UHGV virus genome: UHGV-1727288
DNA length: 15,390 nt
DNA from: a virus
Reading direction: 5' to 3' (one strand)
Both the position numbers and the translations under genes were made by a program. Under the pieces are notes generated by a model. The model was given only the letters and a program-made list of their open reading frames with translations. It was not told the origin of the DNA and ran no database searches. This document shows, in pieces, positions 7,154 to 15,390 of this stretch (within the stretch, counting starts at the first letter, position 1; each line of letters opens with the position of its first letter).

Positions 7154-7566
7154 GGTTCCCGCCCCTCAAAACGCTGACGACAGGCCGTGCGTATCAACCG
7201 GAAGAACACCGACGCCACGAGGTAAATCAGCGCGGTAAAAATCCACCCGGCAGCGACCAGCGAGATAAACGTCGCCACCATCACCACCAGAGCCGCCGCC
7301 CGTCTGCGCCACGGCACCGGCTGCAAAAACAGCGACGTGACAATCTTCACGGCCAGCGATTCCGGCGGCAGCTCCCGCCCGTAGCGTTCCAGCACATACT
7401 CAGTGGCATACACGCCGACACCACCGGCAACCACACAGATAACCGTCGCCAGAATCGCCCAGGCGGCGACAAAATTGACGGCCACGCTCTGCGGGTAAAT
7501 CAGGGACAGTGCCAGCATCAGCGCCAGCGACACGTTCAGCATCAGTGAAAGGGATAATTTCTTCAT
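7147..7566 (-). CDS. lysA: Lysis regulatory membrane protein LysA
   Basis: 139-aa ORF with several hydrophobic transmembrane segments, directly downstream of endolysin K as in P2. Confidence 0.8.
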   Translation of the reverse strand: MKKLSLSLMLNVSLALMLALSLIYPQSVAVNFVAAWAILATVICVVAGGVGVYATEYVLERYGRELPPESLAVKIVTSLFLQPVPWRRRAAALVVMVATFISLVAAGWIFTALIYLVASVFFRLIRTACRQRFEGREPC

Positions 7567-7580
7567 GGTGTTTACTCCGT

Positions 7581-8078
7581 TTAAGCCGGTACGCCGCCAG
7601 CGGTACGCCAGACGGTGACCAGTTTTTCCAGTGAATGCTCACGCTGACCGTAACCGGCACCCGGCAGGGACGCCCAGATATTGCGACAGCGTGAAATGGC
7701 GCGCTCAATGCGTCCCGCCCGGATGTCATCCAGTGCACCGCGTTCGCGGATCAACTGAATGGCAAGTCTGTCCTGTGACAACGGACTGAAATCCGGCAGG
7801 GCAAGCTGTTTGCGGTAATGCGGCCAGAACAGGTAAAGCTGCTGATAGCGACCGGAGGCCGTGGATTTTTCACCGCGACGGTTAAACACCTTCGCCGGTC
7901 GGCCATGCGCGAACGGGTGGTCACTGTAGTCGGTGAAAATTTCCGGCTTCCCGTCCAGTCCGGTGACTATCACGTCATAGCCCCGGTTTTTCGTCAGCGG
8001 ATGATTCGCCGTCCCTTCGGACACGGCCAGCATGTCAAGAAAGGCGGCGATATTCTGATGCGTGTTAATTACCGGCAT
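7581..8078 (-). CDS. K: Endolysin (lambda R-like lytic transglycosylase/lysozyme), P2 gpK
   Basis: 165 aa. Contains FLDMLAVSEGT, GYDVIV, FTDYSDHP, GRYQ, IWASLPGAGYGQ.EH, all shared with the recalled lambda R / P2 K endolysin. Confidence 0.92.
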   Translation of the reverse strand: MPVINTHQNIAAFLDMLAVSEGTANHPLTKNRGYDVIVTGLDGKPEIFTDYSDHPFAHGRPAKVFNRRGEKSTASGRYQQLYLFWPHYRKQLALPDFSPLSQDRLAIQLIRERGALDDIRAGRIERAISRCRNIWASLPGAGYGQREHSLEKLVTVWRTAGGVPA

Positions 8079-8359
8079 TACGGTTTCCCCCTGCCCTTAA
8101 AACGGCGCTGAATGGCAATCTCAATCACCTGATAACCGGCGATACCCAGCATGGAGCCAATGCCGCACACCGCAGGCAGTGACAGGTCAGGAAACTGCAC
8201 CAGAACAACACCGGCAACCATCGAGACAAAACCACCGAGCAACATGCGCCCGATAAACAGACGCGGGGTGATGGGTTCACCACCGGCAAGCACCTTGCCG
8301 ACAACAATCAGCACCCCAATCATGAAAAGCGACAGGACGCTTTTTTCTTCTGCTGTCAT
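8078..8359 (-). CDS. Y: Holin (P2 gpY)
   Basis: 93-aa ORF with multiple hydrophobic transmembrane segments and a charged C-terminus, immediately upstream of the endolysin. Matches P2 Y in length and position. Confidence 0.88.
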   Translation of the reverse strand: MTAEEKSVLSLFMIGVLIVVGKVLAGGEPITPRLFIGRMLLGGFVSMVAGVVLVQFPDLSLPAVCGIGSMLGIAGYQVIEIAIQRRFKGRGKP

Positions 8360-8362
8360 GCG

Positions 8363-8566
8363 TTACTCCCACAGATTGACAGTTTCAGCCACGGGCGCGG
8401 TCTGAACGTCGGGCAGTTCGACGGCGGTGCCGTGTGGCAGCACCGCACCCAGTTCAGCCAGTCCCGGATTTGCGGCGAGCACGGTCTCAACCACGCCCTC
8501 AGTGCGCCCGTAATACCGGACACAAATGGCGTCGAGCGTGTCGCCCTGTAGCGCAAAGGTCTTCAT
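8363..8566 (-). CDS. X: Tail protein X (LysM-like)
   Basis: From the ATG at 8564-8566 the 67-aa product MKTFALQGDTLDAICVRYYGRTEGVVETVLAANPGLAELGAVLPHGTAVELPDVQTAPVAETVNLWE matches recalled P2 gpX. Start overlaps the L stop (ATGA). The longer track ORF (8363-8635) is likely over-extended. Confidence 0.88.
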   Translation of the reverse strand: MKTFALQGDTLDAICVRYYGRTEGVVETVLAANPGLAELGAVLPHGTAVELPDVQTAPVAETVNLWE

Positions 8567-9075
8567 CAGATTTGACTCACGATGCAGCGTGGCTTGTCCT
8601 GGATACGCGCCACCGCCCAGCGCATATCCCGCCACAGTTCATCAATGGTGCTGTCAATGCTGTCAGCCTTCTTGTCGCCTTTCGCACTGGCATCCACGCC
8701 GCGATAACGCTCATAAAGCGACGCGGTCGCCATCGCACACACGGCGCGCTCGTAGTAAAAAACTTTGATGCTTTCACCGTCGATGTCGTCCGCCGGGACG
8801 TCTGCCAGACGCGTAAAACCGGCGGCAATTTTCTGTTCGCGGTACTCGTACAGCTCCGCATTCGTCTCCGCCATGCCTGACTTGATGGCCTCACGCAGAC
8901 GGGCGGGGGCGACGGTCTGCTCAAGGCGCATACGTTCCCGGACGCGCTTCGGGTCGATATCGGGAAAAAAGAACGGGTTTTTAATCACCGGCTCGTCGCC
9001 TGCCGGTTGCGGGATGACCACCGTACCCTCACCGGACACGGGAGCCTCCTTTCGCGGAATAATCAGCGTCATCAT
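8566..9075 (-). CDS. L: Head completion/stabilization protein L
   Basis: From the ATG at 9073-9075 (MMTLIIPRKEAPVSGEGTVVIPQPAGDEPVIKN...) the product is 169 aa, matching recalled P2 gpL. GAGG Shine-Dalgarno upstream. The track ORF extends to 9135. Confidence 0.9.
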   Translation of the reverse strand: MMTLIIPRKEAPVSGEGTVVIPQPAGDEPVIKNPFFFPDIDPKRVRERMRLEQTVAPARLREAIKSGMAETNAELYEYREQKIAAGFTRLADVPADDIDGESIKVFYYERAVCAMATASLYERYRGVDASAKGDKKADSIDSTIDELWRDMRWAVARIQDKPRCIVSQI

Positions 9076-9174
9076 GACTACCTCTGAAAAGTCGGGCGGT
9101 GGACGCCGGTGCAGTGTCAGGTGATTCACCCTCACTGACCGGCGTGCCGCCCTGGCGCGGGGCGCATTCGGTTG

Positions 9175-9918
9175 TTAACTGGCTTTCTTTTTCGGGCGTC
9201 CACGTTTTGCCGGTGCCACGCTCCGGGTCTTACGCGGGGCGCGGGTGGCCGCTTTTGGCTGCGGCTCCGGCTTCGGTTTCAGTTCCCGCTCCAGTCGTTC
9301 AATCTCTTTTTTGACGCCTGCCTGACAGTCGAGCTGTGTCGCACGTTGCAGGTGCGCCAGCGCACCGGCGGCATCACCACCGTCACGCAGAAACAGACCG
9401 GTAATTTTGTGCAGCTTTGCGCGCACTTCATCAGGCATGTCAGCCGTGGCGGTCAGTTCAAGGGTCTCCGTCAGCAGGCGGGTATCCACAGACTCACCGG
9501 CAGCGTGAGCGCGCATGGCCGCAAGCGCTACCTCCTCGGTGAACATGTACGGCGGGGTACGGCGGTGTTTACCCGGCATGGTCAGACCGTACTTCAGGGC
9601 ATAACGGGCAATCTCCAGCGCACCGGCAATATCGCCGGTATCCAGACGCCACAGCATGACCGTCATCAGAATGTCATCCTGTGCACCTTTGCCCTGCTCC
9701 AGCACGCCGTTCACCCACGGCAACCAGAACGGCAGCAGTTCGCGTTTTTTCGCGGCCTTCAGCTCTTTTGAATAAATCGCTTTCAGTATGCGCTGGTCTG
9801 CGGCGAGCTTAACCAGCATCTGCTCATAGACAGTTGCATGTCGCAGCGGGGCGGCTTCCCGCTGCGCGGTCATCGCTGCCGAGACCCGCATCATGTGGCG
9901 CTGTGCGGGACTCGTCAT
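9175..9918 (-). CDS. M: Terminase small (endonuclease) subunit M
   Basis: 247-aa ORF matching P2 gpM in length and position, with a basic Lys/Arg/Pro-rich C-terminus. Confidence 0.9.
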   Translation of the reverse strand: MTSPAQRHMMRVSAAMTAQREAAPLRHATVYEQMLVKLAADQRILKAIYSKELKAAKKRELLPFWLPWVNGVLEQGKGAQDDILMTVMLWRLDTGDIAGALEIARYALKYGLTMPGKHRRTPPYMFTEEVALAAMRAHAAGESVDTRLLTETLELTATADMPDEVRAKLHKITGLFLRDGGDAAGALAHLQRATQLDCQAGVKKEIERLERELKPKPEPQPKAATRAPRKTRSVAPAKRGRPKKKAS

Positions 9919-9921
9919 CGG

Positions 9922-10995
9922 TTACGCTCCCGGCTCTGCGGTCGCTTTAGCCAGTGTGGAGAAATCACCGACCTTAATTTTTTCCACCAGACAACCGGCG
10001 GCGTAGTCTTCCACCACGTAATCAATGTTCATTGACTCGTAGTTCTCCACGCGGTCGAGTTTCGGGTTTTCCTCAATCACGCGGCGATGGCTGTCATCCA
10101 TGTAGTAGATGGACAGGTTTTCCAGCTTTGTGATGAGCATCGCATCCGCCGGGAAGTACGGGACGCGTACCGCCGGCAGGTTACCGATGCGTTTCTGGCT
10201 GATGATGACGTCAGCGGCCAGCATTTCGCTGTTGTCCTGCTCCTTGTTGACGATGGGAAAATACTTGTCCGCCAGTAGCTGACGTCCCACTATCACCACA
10301 AGGTCAGGGTCTTCCTGATACCACGGCTCAATCAGGTTGTTGGTCGCATCCATCACCAGTGCGTCAAGGCTGGCATAATCACCGCCCTTACCCACGCGGA
10401 TAACCTCAGAGGTGGTGTGCCCTTCCTCGTCAGTGACCTTGCTCATCACGCGCGCCGGGGCTTCATTGCGGTATTTCTGCAGCCAGCCGACCGCCACATC
10501 CTGCAGCATCGGATTGCTGCTGCGGTCAGAGGTTTCGGCACGCCTCACGCCGTTAAAACCGGCCATGATTAAATCAAGGGACTGGCGTTTGATAATGGCG
10601 TTACGGACACGGAGCTGGAAATCCTGATAACGCGCCCACAGGTCCAGCGTTTTGTAGCGGATATAAAAATCGAAGTTAATCTGGTCGCATTCGTACTTGT
10701 TTGACGCCAGCTTCGAGAAGTCCTTCGGCTGACGCTCGGTGCCACCGGCGGTGTCGGTGGTGCTGGCGATGGAGCCGGTGACACCGATGCCAATTTTTTC
10801 CCCTTTCATTTCGCTGACCGGCACAATGTTGATGCGGGTCAGAAAGTCAGAGGACTCCTGCATGGTGTTCATCAGGGTCTGGGTGACCGACGGTTCAACG
10901 GTGAATTTTTTCGACACATCACCGGCGTCGATGCCGTTCAGTTCGGCAACACGGGACAGGTAGGCATTAAATTTAAAGCGGGTTTCCTGGCGCAT
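9922..10995 (-). CDS. N: Major capsid protein N
   Basis: 357-aa ORF matching P2 gpN in length and position, between O and M. Confidence 0.92.
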   Translation of the reverse strand: MRQETRFKFNAYLSRVAELNGIDAGDVSKKFTVEPSVTQTLMNTMQESSDFLTRINIVPVSEMKGEKIGIGVTGSIASTTDTAGGTERQPKDFSKLASNKYECDQINFDFYIRYKTLDLWARYQDFQLRVRNAIIKRQSLDLIMAGFNGVRRAETSDRSSNPMLQDVAVGWLQKYRNEAPARVMSKVTDEEGHTTSEVIRVGKGGDYASLDALVMDATNNLIEPWYQEDPDLVVIVGRQLLADKYFPIVNKEQDNSEMLAADVIISQKRIGNLPAVRVPYFPADAMLITKLENLSIYYMDDSHRRVIEENPKLDRVENYESMNIDYVVEDYAAGCLVEKIKVGDFSTLAKATAEPGA

Positions 10996-11053
10996 ATTTT
11001 TTCCTGAAATTAAGGGTTAATCGTGAAGGTTTGCCCGGACTGGCTGACGCCGG

Positions 11054-11908
11054 TCAGCAGTTCGTCATCAGGGCGTCACCACCACCGCCGGTGGCTTTGC
11101 TGCGGCGCTGCTGGGTCAGACTTTCGGTGTGGTCGAGACTGTTTTTCAGGCGGGTGAATGCCTGGCTGGTTTCATCCGCCCTGTCAGTCACATCCTGCTT
11201 AAGTGCAGAAAAGGCGGTTTCCATCTCTGCGAGGCGCTGCTCAGTGGCGCTCAGTTTTTCCTGCACATGCTCAGCGACAGCGGTCACCGCTTCATGCACG
11301 TCATTCAGACGGGCGTCATCGCTGGCCTGTTTGCGGCCAAAAATGGATTTCACCTTTTCGGTCAGGGCGGTGAACACGGTTTCAGGCAGGTCTTCAAATT
11401 CCAGCTCAACGGGCGTTGCCACTGAAATCAGGTTTTCAGGGCTTAATTTGAAGCGGTTCAGAGGGTTGTGTTTTGCCGTGCGGCAGAATTCCAGGTATTC
11501 CGTGCCGAGGCTTGCCGGGTCATCGGTGACGGCCAGCCCCACCAGATAACATTTGCCGGTATTGGCAAAGTTCGGCTGAATTTCCATTGAGGTGTAGACC
11601 TTCTGCGCGGCCTTGTTCATCGCGATAAGGTCATCTGTCGGGGTGATTTTCGCAAACAGCGCCCATTTGCCTTTCAGCGCCGAATCATCGTCAATCTTTT
11701 CGGCCTTCAGTTCGGCCACATCGCCATAACGCTTAAAAATACCGTCAGGCAGGATGCCGCGCAGATGTTCCAGGTTAATGCGGCAACCATAGACACGCGG
11801 GTCAAAGGTTTCGGCCATTTCCTGAATATCCTGCGCACTGATGACACGCCCGTCACAGGTGTCACCCTCAACGCCGATACGAAAGAATTTTGAGACTTTT
11901 TTTGCCAT
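11054..11908 (-). CDS. O: Capsid scaffolding protein O
   Basis: From the ATG at 11906-11908 (MAKKVSKFFRIGVEGDTCDGRVISAQDIQEMAETFDPRVYG...) the product is 284 aa, matching recalled P2 gpO. The track ORF is extended 22 codons upstream. Confidence 0.9.
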   Translation of the reverse strand: MAKKVSKFFRIGVEGDTCDGRVISAQDIQEMAETFDPRVYGCRINLEHLRGILPDGIFKRYGDVAELKAEKIDDDSALKGKWALFAKITPTDDLIAMNKAAQKVYTSMEIQPNFANTGKCYLVGLAVTDDPASLGTEYLEFCRTAKHNPLNRFKLSPENLISVATPVELEFEDLPETVFTALTEKVKSIFGRKQASDDARLNDVHEAVTAVAEHVQEKLSATEQRLAEMETAFSALKQDVTDRADETSQAFTRLKNSLDHTESLTQQRRSKATGGGGDALMTNC

Positions 11909-12081
11909 TGTCAGGAGTCCTGAATAGTGATTAGAGGAGTCACATGTCGGCATCAGTTTCCCGACGATACGCATCCTCCGCCATCAGTCCCGGATGGCTT
12001 ATCACTGACACAACAGCACCTTAGCGAATCGCGGGGCGCGACTCAGTAGCCTTGCCGTGTATTCATCACGGCGAGGTATTC
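11909..12081. promoter_or_regulatory. Divergent intergenic region expected to hold late promoters for the O operon (minus) and P-Q operon (plus)
   Basis: 173-bp gap between the divergent O and P starts. In P2 this interval carries the Ogr-dependent P_O and P_P promoters. No perfect TGT-N12-ACA activator site was found by eye. A 6-bp-arm dyad TCAGGA-g-TCCTGA (11911-11923) overlaps the O ribosome-binding region. Confidence 0.4.
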
Positions 12082-13854
12082 ATGACCATCACCACAGACA
12101 CCACTCTTTTACACGACCCGCGTCGTCAGGCGGCGCTGCTGTACTGGCAGGGGTTTTCCGTGCCGCAGATTGCCGCCATGTTGCAGATGAAACGCCCGAC
12201 GGTGCAGAGCTGGAAACAGCGCGACGGCTGGGACAGTGTTGCCCCCATCAGCCGTGTCGAAATGAGTCTGGAAGCGCGGCTGACCCAGCTCATCATCAAA
12301 CCGCAGAAAACCGGCGGTGACTTCAAGGAAATTGACCTGCTGGGACGCCAGATTGAACGACTGGCACGGGTCAACCGCTACAGCCAGACCGGCAACGAAG
12401 CAGACCTTAATCCGAACGTCGCTAACCGCAACAAAGGCGGGCGTCGCAAACCGAAAAAGAATTTTTTCAGTGACGAGGCCATCGAAAAGCTGGAGCAGAT
12501 TTTCTTTGAGCAGTCTTTCGACTATCAGTTGCACTGGTATCGCGCCGGGCTTGAGCACCGCATCCGCGATATCCTGAAATCCCGCCAGATTGGCGCGACG
12601 TTTTATTTTTCCCGCGAGGCGCTGCTGCGCGCCCTGAAAACCGGTCATAACCAGATTTTTCTGTCGGCCAGTAAAACGCAGGCGTATGTGTTCCGCGAAT
12701 ACATCATCGCCTTTGCCCGGCTGGTTGACGTTGACCTGACCGGTGACCCGATTGTCCTGGGCAATAACGGCGCAAAACTGATTTTTCTCGGCACCAACTC
12801 CAACACCGCGCAGAGCCATAACGGCGACCTGTACGTCGACGAGATTTTCTGGATCCCGAATTTTCAGGTACTGCGTAAGGTGGCATCAGGTATGGCCTCA
12901 CAGAGTCACCTGCGTTCGACCTATTTCTCCACCCCGTCCACGCTGGCGCACGACGCCTACCCGTTCTGGTCGGGTGAACTGTTTAACCGGGGACGCGCCA
13001 GCGCCGCTGAACGCGTGGAAATCGACGTCAGTCATAACGCCCTTGCCGGTGGGCTTCTCTGTGCGGACGGCCAGTGGCGGCAGATTGTCACCATTGAGGA
13101 CGCCCTGAAAGGTGGCTGCACGCTGTTCGACATTGAGCAGCTTAAACGCGAAAACAGCGCCGACGATTTTAAAAACCTGTTCATGTGTGAATTTGTTGAC
13201 GACAAGGCGTCGGTGTTCCCGTTCGAGGAGCTGCAACGCTGCATGGTCGACACGCTGGAAGAATGGGAAGACTATGCGCCGTTTGCCACCAATCCGTTCG
13301 GCTCACGTCCGGTATGGATTGGTTACGACCCGTCACACCGTGGCGACAGCGCCGGATGCGTGGTGCTGGCACCGCCGGTGGTGGCCGGTGGCAAATTCAG
13401 AATACTTGAGCGTCACCAGTGGAAAGGCATGGACTTTGCCACCCAGGCTGAATCCATCCGCAAACTCACCGAAAAATACAACGTCGAATACATCGGAATT
13501 GATGCCACCGGCCTCGGTGTCGGCGTGTTCCAGCTCGTGCGCTCGTTCTATCCCGCCGCGCGCGATATCCGCTACACGCCGGAAATGAAAACCGCAATGG
13601 TGCTCAAGGCAAAAGACGTTATCCGCCGTGGCTGTCTGGAATATGACGTCAGCGCCACCGACATCACCAGCTCGTTTATGGCTATCCGCAAGACCATGAC
13701 CAGCAGTGGACGCAGCGCCACCTATGAGGCCAGCCGCAGCGAGGAAGCCAGCCACGCCGACCTCGCCTGGGCGACCATGCACGCCCTGTTAAATGAGCCA
13801 CTCACCGCCGGTATCAGCACCCCGCTGACATCCACCATTCTGGAGTTTTACTGA
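12082..13854 (+). CDS. P: Terminase large (ATPase) subunit P
   Basis: From the ATG at 12082 (MTITTDTTLLHDPRRQAALLYWQGFSVPQIAAMLQ...) the product is 590 aa, matching recalled P2 gpP. GAGGT Shine-Dalgarno 8 nt upstream. The track ORF starts 10 codons earlier. Confidence 0.93.
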   Translation: MTITTDTTLLHDPRRQAALLYWQGFSVPQIAAMLQMKRPTVQSWKQRDGWDSVAPISRVEMSLEARLTQLIIKPQKTGGDFKEIDLLGRQIERLARVNRYSQTGNEADLNPNVANRNKGGRRKPKKNFFSDEAIEKLEQIFFEQSFDYQLHWYRAGLEHRIRDILKSRQIGATFYFSREALLRALKTGHNQIFLSASKTQAYVFREYIIAFARLVDVDLTGDPIVLGNNGAKLIFLGTNSNTAQSHNGDLYVDEIFWIPNFQVLRKVASGMASQSHLRSTYFSTPSTLAHDAYPFWSGELFNRGRASAAERVEIDVSHNALAGGLLCADGQWRQIVTIEDALKGGCTLFDIEQLKRENSADDFKNLFMCEFVDDKASVFPFEELQRCMVDTLEEWEDYAPFATNPFGSRPVWIGYDPSHRGDSAGCVVLAPPVVAGGKFRILERHQWKGMDFATQAESIRKLTEKYNVEYIGIDATGLGVGVFQLVRSFYPAARDIRYTPEMKTAMVLKAKDVIRRGCLEYDVSATDITSSFMAIRKTMTSSGRSATYEASRSEEASHADLAWATMHALLNEPLTAGISTPLTSTILEFY

Positions 13855-14888
13855 TGAGCAAGAAAAAAGGGAAAACACCGCAACCTGCGGCAAAAAAAAT
13901 GACCGCCAGCGCCCCGAAAATGGAAGCATTCACCTTTGGCGAGCCAGTGCCGGTACTCGACCGCCGTGACATTCTGGATTATGTCGAGTGCATCAGTAAC
14001 GGCAGATGGTATGAGCCACCGGTCAGCTTTACCGGTCTGGCAAAAAGCCTGCGTGCTGCCGTGCATCACAGCTCACCGATTTACGTCAAACGCAATATTC
14101 TGGCCTCGACATTTATCCCGCACCCGTGGCTTTCCCAGCAGGATTTCAGCCGCTTTGTGCTGGATTTTCTGGTGTTCGGTAATGCGTTTCTGGAAAAGCG
14201 TTACAGCACCACCGGTAAGGTCATCAGACTGGAAACCTCACCGGCAAAATATACCCGCCGTGGCGTGGAGGAGGATGTTTACTGGTGGGTGCCGTCCTTC
14301 AACGAGCCGACACCTTTCGCGCCCGGCTCCGTGTTTCACCTGCTGGAGCCGGATATTAATCAGGAGCTGTACGGCCTGCCGGAATATCTCAGCGCCCTTA
14401 ACTCTGCCTGGCTGAATGAGTCGGCCACGCTGTTCCGCCGCAAGTATTACGAAAACGGCGCACATGCCGGATACATCATGTACGTCACTGATGCCGTGCA
14501 GGATCGCAACGATATCGAAATGCTTCGCGAAAACATGGTGAAGTCGAAAGGCCGCAACAACTTTAAAAATCTGTTTCTCTACGCCCCGCAGGGAAAAGCC
14601 GACGGCATTAAAATTATCCCGCTCAGTGAAGTGGCGACGAAAGACGATTTTTTTAATATCAAAAAAGCCAGCGCCGCTGACCTGCTGGACGCGCACCGCA
14701 TCCCCTTTCAGTTGATGGGCGGCAAGCCGGAGAATGTCGGGTCGCTGGGGGATATTGAGAAAGTGGCAAAGGTCTTTGTCCGCAATGAGCTTATCCCGTT
14801 ACAGGACAGGATCCGCGAGATAAACGGCTGGCTCGGTCAGGAGGTCATCCGCTTTAAAAACTACTCACTGGACACTGACAACGGCTGA
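13854..14888 (+). CDS. Q: Portal (capsid portal vertex) protein Q
   Basis: 344-aa ORF matching P2 gpQ in length and position. Its start overlaps the P stop (TGATG). Confidence 0.92.
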   Translation: MSKKKGKTPQPAAKKMTASAPKMEAFTFGEPVPVLDRRDILDYVECISNGRWYEPPVSFTGLAKSLRAAVHHSSPIYVKRNILASTFIPHPWLSQQDFSRFVLDFLVFGNAFLEKRYSTTGKVIRLETSPAKYTRRGVEEDVYWWVPSFNEPTPFAPGSVFHLLEPDINQELYGLPEYLSALNSAWLNESATLFRRKYYENGAHAGYIMYVTDAVQDRNDIEMLRENMVKSKGRNNFKNLFLYAPQGKADGIKIIPLSEVATKDDFFNIKKASAADLLDAHRIPFQLMGGKPENVGSLGDIEKVAKVFVRNELIPLQDRIREINGWLGQEVIRFKNYSLDTDNG

Positions 14889-14893
14889 ACATC

Positions 14894-14915
14894 GCCGCCT
14901 GCGGGCGGCTTTTTT
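14894..14915 (+). terminator. Rho-independent terminator after Q
   Basis: GCCGCC-tgcg-GGCGGC stem-loop followed immediately by TTTTTT, 6 nt after the Q stop codon. Confidence 0.75.
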
Positions 14916-15057
14916 ACATCCCGTAATCACGCCCTCACACGCTCACCACCGCACAAAACATCCCGCAGACACACCAACGCCCCGGCTAACAATCTAAACG
15001 CCATCACGACGCGCTCAGACGCTGAAAAAATAAAATCAGCACCACCGCCAGCGCGCA

Positions 15058-15076
15058 GTGCTTTCCCCGCCTCGCC
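15058..15076. other. cos site: P2-type 19-nt cohesive-end sequence
   Basis: GTGCTTTCCCCGCCTCGCC is the exact reverse complement of the recalled P2 cohesive end 5'-GGCGAGGCGGGGAAAGCAC-3'. It lies ~170 bp past Q, as in P2. Confidence 0.7.
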
Positions 15077-15314
15077 CGCCCGCTTCATGGGGCGGTTTTA
15101 ATGCAGTTGCATGATTTAGCCGAATCCGCGCCATTGTTGACATTGATGTTTTGATATGGATATGGCGTAAGCATGCGAATTCATTCAAGATGATGCAAGA
15201 ATGATGAAATTATGGTACAGATCGATTAGCCATAATATGCCCCACGTTGTTACATGTGGTTCATAAGAGTTATGGCTCATAGGGATTTATACAAAATATA
15301 TATAGGTAATTATC

Positions 15315-15390
15315 ATGTCAGGTGAAACTCAAAATATTTCAGCAATGGCAGAAAAAATATCTTCAGACCTATTCAAATGGTTTAAGTGGG
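15315..15390 (+). CDS. Start of an unidentified AT-rich ORF (runs off window edge); possible cargo gene at the cos-proximal locus
   Basis: ATG at 15315 preceded by AGGT 7 nt upstream. Open frame to the window end (MSGETQNISAMAEKISSDLFKWFKW...). AT-rich like the toxSAS gene. Only 25 codons are visible. Confidence 0.3.
   Translation, partial: MSGETQNISAMAEKISSDLFKWFKW

Larger units (their letters stand above)
1..15390. mobile_element. P2-like prophage, late-gene region spanning cos (partial, continues beyond both window edges)
   Basis: Collinear set of ORFs whose translations match recalled P2 late proteins (Q, P, O, N, M, L, X, Y, K, LysA, LysB, LysC, R, S, V, W, J, I, H, G) in P2 order. The P2 19-nt cohesive-end sequence is present at 15058-15076. 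Confidence 0.9.

Noticed and set aside
8567-8635. N-terminal extensions of X (to 8635), L (to 9135), O (to 11974) and P (from 12052) in the ORF track
   Set aside because: The recalled P2 proteins begin at internal Met codons, which also have better Shine-Dalgarno context or translational coupling (ATGA/TGATG overlaps). The extensions are treated as over-calls.
9172-9771. 199-aa plus-strand ORF
   Set aside because: Lies entirely antisense within terminase small-subunit gene M. Arg/Gly/Cys-rich translation typical of an out-of-frame GC-rich reading.
12109-12819. 236-aa minus-strand ORF (also 12898-13236 and 13333-13782, minus strand)
   Set aside because: Antisense to large terminase gene P, which is supported by near-identity to recalled P2 gpP over its whole length.
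13936-14696. 159-aa plus-strand (13936-14415) and 152-aa minus-strand (14238-14696) ORFs
   Set aside because: Alternative-frame and antisense frames inside portal gene Q; no start context or motif support.
1-15390. CRISPR arrays, tRNA/rRNA genes, IS elements
   Set aside because: No regularly spaced direct repeats, no tRNA-like cloverleaf candidates and no transposase-like ORFs or terminal inverted repeats were seen. The compact window is fully accounted for by phage genes plus two AT-rich cargo regions.

Overview
This window is the late (morphogenesis and lysis) region of a P2-like temperate phage (Peduovirus-type prophage) of an enterobacterial host, and it runs across the phage cos site. 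Gene order and protein sequences match P2 closely. The minus strand carries O-N-M-L-X-Y-K-lysA-lysB/lysC-R-S, then V-W-J-I-H-G (capsid scaffold, major capsid, small terminase, head completion, tail X, holin, endolysin, LysA, spanins, tail completion, baseplate, tail fiber, tail fiber assembly). The plus strand carries P-Q (large terminase, portal), followed by a terminator and the 19-nt P2 cohesive-end sequence. Three things are not explained by the P2 backbone. (1) An AT-rich cargo gene on the opposite strand between V and S encodes a standalone RelA/SpoT-synthetase protein with no separate antitoxin, which is best read as a fused toxSAS (CapRel-like) anti-phage abortive-infection gene. (2) A 26-bp DNA-invertase crossover site lies inside tail fiber gene H, with convergent tail-fiber-assembly genes downstream, indicating a host-range-switching invertible segment that runs off the left edge. 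(3) An AT-rich region beyond cos, at the position of the P2 old/tin locus, begins a new ORF at the right edge. All calls rest on reading the sequence and recalled P2 protein sequences; no database search was run.
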